Below, piece after piece: positions 58,391 through 64,000 of a stretch of DNA of 64,000 bases. The DNA is taken from positions 1 to 64,000 of the forward strand of contig JANLSU010000062.1 in the NCBI GenBank assembly GCA_031362565.1. The letters run 5' to 3'. Origin of the DNA: a bacterium. Lineage in GTDB: Bacteria; Krumholzibacteriota; Krumholzibacteriia; G020349025. Each line of letters begins with the position of its first letter. The first letter of the stretch is position 1. The notes below the pieces were generated by a model. It was not told the DNA's origin, ran no database searches, and saw only the letters and a program-made list of their open reading frames with translations. Made by a program: the position numbers and the translations under genes.

Positions 58391-61255
58391 TTACGGTGGG
58401 GACGCGCTGGCCCCGACCGCACGGCGCGTGTCCGCCAGGAGCGCCGCGCCCGTGGCGTCAGGGGAGGGCCAGAGGGCAGTGAGGGCCGCGAGGTGGGCGC
58501 GCGCCGCGTCGGCATGGCCGCTCCGGGCTTCCACCCGCGCCATTTCGCGGCGCGCGAACGGTTCCACGAACGCGAACCACGTCCAAACGTCCAGGTGCAG
58601 GCGGCGCGGTGAACAGACGGAGTCCCAGGCGGCGACGGCCTCCGGGAGACGGCCGCCGTGATCGAAGGCCTGGGCCACGAGCCACCGGCTCGGGACGCGC
58701 CCCGTGACCCAGGGTCCGCGGCCGCTGGTGCGGGCGCCGTCCAACAGGCGCACGATCTCCTGGGGGCGGTTCGTCGCTGCGGCAATCCAGCCGTCGAGCA
58801 CGGTTGCGTCACCCGCGTGTCGGCGCTGCTCGGAGCCCGGGCCGGCGGCGACGGCGCTGCGGCAGTGGCGGGCGGCCGTGGAATCACCGTGGGCGGCGGC
58901 CACCATCCCGCGGACGATCCAGCCTGTGACCGTGGTGTCGGCAGCGACGCCGAGTTGGGCGGGGTCGGGCACATTGCCGGTCGCGACTCCCAACTGCAGG
59001 AGTGCCACCTGGGCCAGCGATGCGTAGAAGGCGCCCGGCGCCTCCGCCATGAGCGCGCGCAACCCTTTGGCGGCCGCATCGAGGTGGCCGCGGCGCGCTT
59101 CCAGCGACCATTGGGTGAGTGTCGCCATGTACCTCTGACTCTTGTTCGCCGTGCTGCCTTGCACCGCTGCAACGAGCGTGTCGGCGCGGGCCCATTGGCC
59201 ACTGCAGACGGCGATTTCGAGTCCGGAGAGAAGCTGCGAGGGGCCGATCATCTTGGCGGCGGCGGCGCGCGCTTCGGCTACGCGCCCGACCTGTAGGAGC
59301 ATGTGCACCCGGTTCACCAGCTGGAGAGATGAAACGCCGAACGGACTGACGCTCGGCTCGTCGAGATGCAAGTGCGCCTCGATTGCCTCCTCGTAACGCC
59401 CGAGATCGAAAACGATCGCGGCGCGATTTCCCCAGCGGTCGGCAGGGCCCTTGGTTTGCTGCATGATCGCATCCGAGACTTGTAAAGCGGTGTCGAGGTC
59501 GTAGCGCAACGCATACTCCTGGAACCATTGCAACGCGAGGCGATCCAAGTCCGTGAGCCGATCCGGCTTCTCCAAGGCCAACTTGACGGCGATCTGCGCC
59601 GAGTCCAAGAAACTTTGGTTGTAATAATTGATGGCCATCTGTTGGCGCGCGGCGGCGAAATCAGGGTCGAGCCGGAGCGCTTGCCGCAGCGCTTCGTTGC
59701 TGCCGGCGTACTTCGTTTCGCGCTGCAAAGCGATCGCATGCAAATAGTTGCTGAAGGCATCGAAAGATGGGGTGATCGCTTCGCGAAGCGGTGTCGTGGC
59801 GCGCAACGCGTCGCGGCGCTCGCCGAGCTGTTCGCGCAGGTCGTGCCCGAGCTTATCGAGCGTCGCGATCAACTCGTCTTCGCTGTTGGCGACACGGCTC
59901 AGTGTCAGGAGCGTCTCGCGGGTGTCCGAGAGGACGACATCCAGGACGACCGAATAGCGATTCAAGATGCCGTCGATCCGGCCCTCGATATAGGCCTGCG
60001 CCGTACCGCGTTTCGCAAGCTCAGAGGCGACCTCGCCCGTGATGCGGGTCGAATCCGGCTTCTGTGCTTGCTTGAGGGCGCGCTGCAATTGGGCACGCGA
60101 GAACGGTGTGACGAGCGTCGACTGGGCGAGCGATGCCAGAACCAGTTCACGAGTTGCGACCAGCAATTCCGGTTTGACGCCGACGCCTTGGAAATCGGCC
60201 ACCAGAATGAAACTCGGGCGTTCCGGCGTCGCGCCGGAGGCGGCTTGCGCGGCCCTGCCTGTACGTTGATGCCACGGTTGCCACCAAGCGAGCGCGGCGC
60301 CGGCCGCGAGCACCGCGGCGGCGATCGGCACCGCCGGGCGCCGCACCAAGCGGCGCATCTTCCACAGCGCGAGACTCGCGGCCGACGGCGGGTGCAGCTC
60401 GATGCGGCGCAGCTCGGTGACGAGATCGCGCGTCGAATCCCAGCGGCCCTGCGGGTCCTTGCTCAAGCAGCGCAACACGATGCGGTCGAGTTGCGGCGGC
60501 AGCGACGCGTCGCGCGTGTTGAGCGACACTGGGTGCGCGTTCAGCACTGCCGAAAGCGTGTCCACCGTGGTCGGGCCGGTAAACGGCGCCTCACCGGTCA
60601 GGAGTTCGTACGACAGCACGCCGAATGCGAACTGATCGGTGCGGAAGTCGACTTCCAGTCCACGCGCTTGTTCGGGCGACATGTAGGCGGGAGTGCCCAT
60701 GATTTGGCCGTGCTGCGTCAGGCCGGCAATGGCGGTGGCGGTGGCGCCGCCGGCGAGCGTCTCGTTGCCGGCGTTCGACTGTTCGGCGAGCACTTTGGCA
60801 AGCCCGAAGTCGAGGATCTTGGCGGTGCCATCCCGCGCCACGAGGACGTTTTCCGGCTTGAGGTCGCGATGCACGACGCGCTGCTCATGGGCGTGCGCGA
60901 GTCCGGAGGCGACGTCGATCGCGATTCGGAGCGCCCGGTCGTGGGGCAAAGGCGCCTCGAGGAGCGTCCGCAAGGACGCCCCTTCGATGAACTCCATGGC
61001 GATGAACATCGTGCCATCGACTTCGTTGGCTTCGAAGATCGTCGCGATGTTGGGGTGCGACAGCGACGCCGCGGAGCGCGCTTCCTGCAGAAAGCGGGCG
61101 CGGTACGCCGGTTGTTCGCCGAGCAAGTCGGCCCGCATCACCTTGAGCGCCACGGTGCGCTCGAGCACCGTGTCCTGCGCCTTGTAGACGACACCCATGC
61201 CGCCGCGGCCGAGTTCGCTGAGAATGCGATAATGCGAGAACGTAGTGCCGATCAT
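58391..61255 (-). CDS. Ser/Thr protein kinase with TM and TPR region
   Basis: LGRGGMGVVY, HRDLKPEN, DFG, GTPAYMSPEQ; TM segment; TPR-like helices. Confidence 0.93.
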   Translation of the reverse strand: MIGTTFSHYRILSELGRGGMGVVYKAQDTVLERTVALKVMRADLLGEQPAYRARFLQEARSAASLSHPNIATIFEANEVDGTMFIAMEFIEGASLRTLLEAPLPHDRALRIAIDVASGLAHAHEQRVVHRDLKPENVLVARDGTAKILDFGLAKVLAEQSNAGNETLAGGATATAIAGLTQHGQIMGTPAYMSPEQARGLEVDFRTDQFAFGVLSYELLTGEAPFTGPTTVDTLSAVLNAHPVSLNTRDASLPPQLDRIVLRCLSKDPQGRWDSTRDLVTELRRIELHPPSAASLALWKMRRLVRRPAVPIAAAVLAAGAALAWWQPWHQRTGRAAQAASGATPERPSFILVADFQGVGVKPELLVATRELVLASLAQSTLVTPFSRAQLQRALKQAQKPDSTRITGEVASELAKRGTAQAYIEGRIDGILNRYSVVLDVVLSDTRETLLTLSRVANSEDELIATLDKLGHDLREQLGERRDALRATTPLREAITPSFDAFSNYLHAIALQRETKYAGSNEALRQALRLDPDFAAARQQMAINYYNQSFLDSAQIAVKLALEKPDRLTDLDRLALQWFQEYALRYDLDTALQVSDAIMQQTKGPADRWGNRAAIVFDLGRYEEAIEAHLHLDEPSVSPFGVSSLQLVNRVHMLLQVGRVAEARAAAAKMIGPSQLLSGLEIAVCSGQWARADTLVAAVQGSTANKSQRYMATLTQWSLEARRGHLDAAAKGLRALMAEAPGAFYASLAQVALLQLGVATGNVPDPAQLGVAADTTVTGWIVRGMVAAAHGDSTAARHCRSAVAAGPGSEQRRHAGDATVLDGWIAAATNRPQEIVRLLDGARTSGRGPWVTGRVPSRWLVAQAFDHGGRLPEAVAAWDSVCSPRRLHLDVWTWFAFVEPFARREMARVEARSGHADAARAHLAALTALWPSPDATGAALLADTRRAVGASASPP

Positions 61256-61523
61256 GGGAGGCGCTGCCCGAACTTGCGTGGGGCAGAGGGGCCAACCCGT
61301 GTGGCGCGAATGCACGGAACGAGGGTGCGCACGGCGCGGAGTCTACGGGTCCACCCGGCACGTCGTCTATCAATGTACGCCGGGCCGGGAGGCTAGCCGC
61401 CCGGCCCCGCCCGGACCGGCCACTGCTCCTTGGGTGCGCCCGGCACAGCTCCGAACGCCAACGATCCGAACGTTCGCACGAACCCCAGCGCGGCGCGGGC
61501 ACAGCGGTGTCAGCCCCAATCGC

Positions 61524-61763
61524 CTACTCGGAGTAGAGCAGGCGATACCGAAACACAAAAACCTCACGCACGAACGGATTTCCGAGTTCGGCCACCACTC
61601 GACCGCGCTCCGACAGCGTCTCCAGCCCCGATGCGGCAGCAACGGCCTGGCTCAAGACCGCACGGGCGCCGTCGACGGAATCTTGTGCGATGTAGTCCAG
61701 CGCTTCGCCGAGCGCGAGCTGCGCTTGAGCGGTCCAAATTACCCGGCGGTGCCGCTGAGCCAT
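61524..61763 (-). CDS. ParE/RelE family toxin (possibly C-terminally truncated)
   Basis: VIWTAQAQLAL...YIAQDS...GRVVAE...RE...YRLLY; stops before the usual final strands. Confidence 0.75.
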   Translation of the reverse strand: MAQRHRRVIWTAQAQLALGEALDYIAQDSVDGARAVLSQAVAAASGLETLSERGRVVAELGNPFVREVFVFRYRLLYSE

Positions 61764-61936
61764 TTTTTGCGCAATTGTTGGGCGACTTCGTCATGGGACA
61801 CCATGCGGCCATTTGCGACGTCCTGTTGGCCGAGCTGAACGGCTTGAACCACATAGAGATGGTAGAGGACGTCGTCGAGGGTACAGTCGTCCGGCAGGCG
61901 CTCTAGGAGCTCACGGACCGTTTTCTTGACTTCCAC
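61739..61936 (-). CDS. Putative antitoxin partner of ParE
   Basis: GGAGG RBS + GTG; LERLPDDCTLDDVLYHLYV...G..D...GR.VSHDEV; overlaps the toxin start. Confidence 0.8.
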   Translation of the reverse strand: MEVKKTVRELLERLPDDCTLDDVLYHLYVVQAVQLGQQDVANGRMVSHDEVAQQLRKKWLSGTAG

Positions 61937-62251
61937 GAAGCCTCCCCATGGCGCGAGTCCGCAGTCAGCATACACCCCTCCCGTTTGTGTCGCGACCCGA
62001 CAAAGCATTCCGATCCGTCGTCGCTCGACGGTGCCGAGAGATCCACGGTCGAATCGCTCTTCGCAATCGACGGGCCATGCAGGCTGCCCTCGGGAGGTGG
62101 CTCTGCGGGCCGGTTCTTGAGCGCGTCGTTGCGTGTCGTTCGTCAACGGGAGTTGCGGTGATGTGTCGATGGCGTTGACACTCGAGCAGGGCACCGAGAG
62201 GATCGAAACGGACAGTCGAGGCCGGATTGGAAATTTCCTTTTTGACCGCTC

Positions 62252-62280
62252 TTGACATCAAGACGCGCGTCTTTTATGAT
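62252..62280 (+). promoter_or_regulatory. lexA promoter containing a perfect 14-bp palindrome (candidate LexA box)
   Basis: TTGACA-N17-TATGAT with AAGACGCGCGTCTT (62260-62273) in the spacer. Confidence 0.75.
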
Positions 62281-62286
62281 TCCGGC

Positions 62287-62949
62287 ATGGGACGCCCGAC
62301 TCAAGAAGCATCCGAAGCCACCCGCGAGCGAATCTTCGAATTCGTGCGTCGGCGTGTGCTGGAAGGCCTGCCGCCCACGGTTCGCGAGGTGCAGCAGGCG
62401 GTCGGCTTCAAGGCTGTGCAACCCGCGAACGTGCATCTGCAGGCGCTCATCGACTCGGGCCGGCTGATCAAGCTTCCGGGGAAAGCTCGCGGGTTCGCTC
62501 TTCCCGAAAGTCCACGTGGTTTGCAGCCGTCGGTTCTGGTGCCCCTGGTGGGGCGCGTTCAGGCCGGAGTGCTCACCACGGCGGTCGAGGATCCCGAGGG
62601 CTATATCCCCGTCGAATCGCGCCGCGCGACGGCCAAGTCGAAGACGGAAATGCTGGTGGCGTTGCGAGTGCGCGGCGACAGCATGAGTGGTGCGGGGATC
62701 TTCGATGGCGACATCGTGATCGTGCAGCGGCAGCCCATGGCCCAGGACGGCGACATCGTTGTTGCGCTGGTCGAGGACGAAGCCACGGTCAAACGGTTAC
62801 GCATCAAAAAGAACACCGTTGAACTCGTGCCTGAGAACGACGCCTTCCAACCGATCGCGGTGCGACCCGATCGGGTGATTCTGTACGGCAAAGTGATCGA
62901 AATCCGCAGGTATTTGGACGATTTCCGAAAGGTGACATCGCGACGGTGA
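62287..62949 (+). CDS. lexA: LexA repressor
   Basis: PPTVRE, VGRVQAG (Ala-Gly cleavage site), RVRGDSM (Ser), ATVKRL (Lys). Confidence 0.95.
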   Translation: MGRPTQEASEATRERIFEFVRRRVLEGLPPTVREVQQAVGFKAVQPANVHLQALIDSGRLIKLPGKARGFALPESPRGLQPSVLVPLVGRVQAGVLTTAVEDPEGYIPVESRRATAKSKTEMLVALRVRGDSMSGAGIFDGDIVIVQRQPMAQDGDIVVALVEDEATVKRLRIKKNTVELVPENDAFQPIAVRPDRVILYGKVIEIRRYLDDFRKVTSRR

Positions 62950-63158
62950 TGTCCTCGCGTCAGAGTCCTTGCGAGAGCGATTTCGAAGCAATCCCCCGAG
63001 TGCGCTCCGAAGACCGGCTCCATGTCGAAAAACTGATGCAACGACATGTGCCGTGTCCTCTGACGGTTCACGCCTGTCGTTGACAGACGCGTGCGTGCCT
63101 GTGCCGGCACCGCATGTCCAAAACGGCCCGTGAGGGCTTGGTGGGGAGTCTTTGTCTC

Positions 63159-64000
63159 ATGCGCAGCTCAGAAGCACGCCGCGTGCTCGTACTCGGGCGC
63201 TACGACGCCCCCACGACCGAAGACGACTTCGACGCCTTTGGCATCGATGACGTCCCAACGCTCGAACGCGGCGATGGAATCGAAGCCGCCACTGTCCCGA
63301 CGTTATCCGTCCAACCCCCGGTCATGTCAGTCATGACATCTTCCGGCCGGCGCGAACCCACCACTGTCCCGACGTTATCCGTCGCCGGTGCAGTGTCGTT
63401 GGATGCATGGCGGGCGGCAGAGCGCGGGCTCACGCGTGGGATCGAGACCGAAGCGGCGCCGGCTTGGAGCTGGGCGACTTTGGCGGGGCGAGTGGTCGAG
63501 CTTTGTGGCGGCCGCGCTTCGGCCGTGCTGACGAGCGCCTTTGGCCTCGTGCTCGATGCGCAACGGCAAGGCGAGCCGGCGGTGTGGATCACATTGCAAC
63601 ACACGCATTTTTTTCCACCCGATGTGGCCGCGAACGGCGTTGATTTGGATTCGCTTGTCATCGTGCGCGTCAAGGAACCCGAACAGGTGCCGCGCGCCGC
63701 CGATCAATTGGCGCGCTCGGGAGCCTTCGGGCTCTTGGTGTTGGACTTGGGCGCCGAGCCGCGCGTGCCGACACCGCTTTTATCGCGGTTGCTGGGCTTG
63801 GCCCAAAAACACGAATCGGCGGTCGTGTGCCTGAGTGCCAAACCACCGGATTCGCCGTCCCTCGATTCACTGGTGTCGCTGCGCGCAGATGTTTTCCGTG
63901 TGCGGCGCGCCCCGGGTGTTTTCGATTGCGTCTTGAGAGTCGCGAAGGACAAACGGCATGCGCCGGGATGGCGGCACGTCGACACGTGCCGCGGGCCGGC
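63159..64000 (+). CDS. imuA: RecA-like ImuA/SulA-type protein (3'-partial)
   Basis: Translated by hand: LAGRVVELCG...LVLDAQRQGEPAVWI...FFPPDVAANGVDLDSLVIVR...ADQLARSGAFGLLVLDLG; directly follows lexA. Confidence 0.8.
   Translation, partial: MRSSEARRVLVLGRYDAPTTEDDFDAFGIDDVPTLERGDGIEAATVPTLSVQPPVMSVMTSSGRREPTTVPTLSVAGAVSLDAWRAAERGLTRGIETEAAPAWSWATLAGRVVELCGGRASAVLTSAFGLVLDAQRQGEPAVWITLQHTHFFPPDVAANGVDLDSLVIVRVKEPEQVPRAADQLARSGAFGLLVLDLGAEPRVPTPLLSRLLGLAQKHESAVVCLSAKPPDSPSLDSLVSLRADVFRVRRAPGVFDCVLRVAKDKRHAPGWRHVDTCRGP
63289..63383 (+). repeat. 23-bp exact direct repeat (72-bp period) inside the imuA 5' region
   Basis: CCACTGTCCCGACGTTATCCGTC at 63289-63311 and 63361-63383. Confidence 0.9.

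Noticed and set aside
57445..59202. 585-aa version of the secreted protein
   Set aside because: The extension overlaps the kinase in another frame; the real start with RBS and signal peptide is 58278.
63289..63383. 23-bp repeat as a mini-CRISPR or att site
   Set aside because: Only two copies, in frame within a CDS, and no cas or integrase nearby.

Overview
High-GC bacterial chromosomal window. The C-terminal FlgD-Ig/PNPFNP domains, DUF4783, the TonB receptor + DUF4249 pair and WGxVKxxYR-tailed proteins suggest an FCB-group candidate phylum such as Krumholzibacteriota, Latescibacterota or Eisenbacteria (inference only). In order: (1) an IS66 element abutting an inverted remnant of a second IS66; (2) three lower-GC secreted proteins sharing a short C-terminal W-G-x-V-K-x-x-[YF]-R tail; (3) a compact locus of three tandem sigma54-type promoters driving two paralogous 63-aa proteins and a probable hairpin sRNA; (4) yjjX, tatD, rsmA, an outer-membrane barrel with two lipoproteins, a polysaccharide deacetylase, secD-secF and DUF456; (5) a zinc-ribbon Ser/Thr kinase and a giant orphan NtrY-like histidine kinase; (6) TonB-dependent receptor with DUF4249; (7) a mycobacterial Sdh1-type succinate dehydrogenase operon and a sigma54-preceded qNor; (8) an accessory patch with toxin-antitoxin modules, a SEC-C protein, SulP and an ECF sigma/Ser-Thr kinase pair; (9) metH, a beta-carbonic anhydrase, a TPR kinase, a ParE-type TA pair, and lexA followed by an imuA-like gene running off the window end. 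The best candidates for undescribed biology are the sigma54 small-protein/sRNA locus (5.6-6.9 kb), the WG-tail sorting signal and a new candidate LexA box. All calls come from reading motifs by eye; no searches were run.
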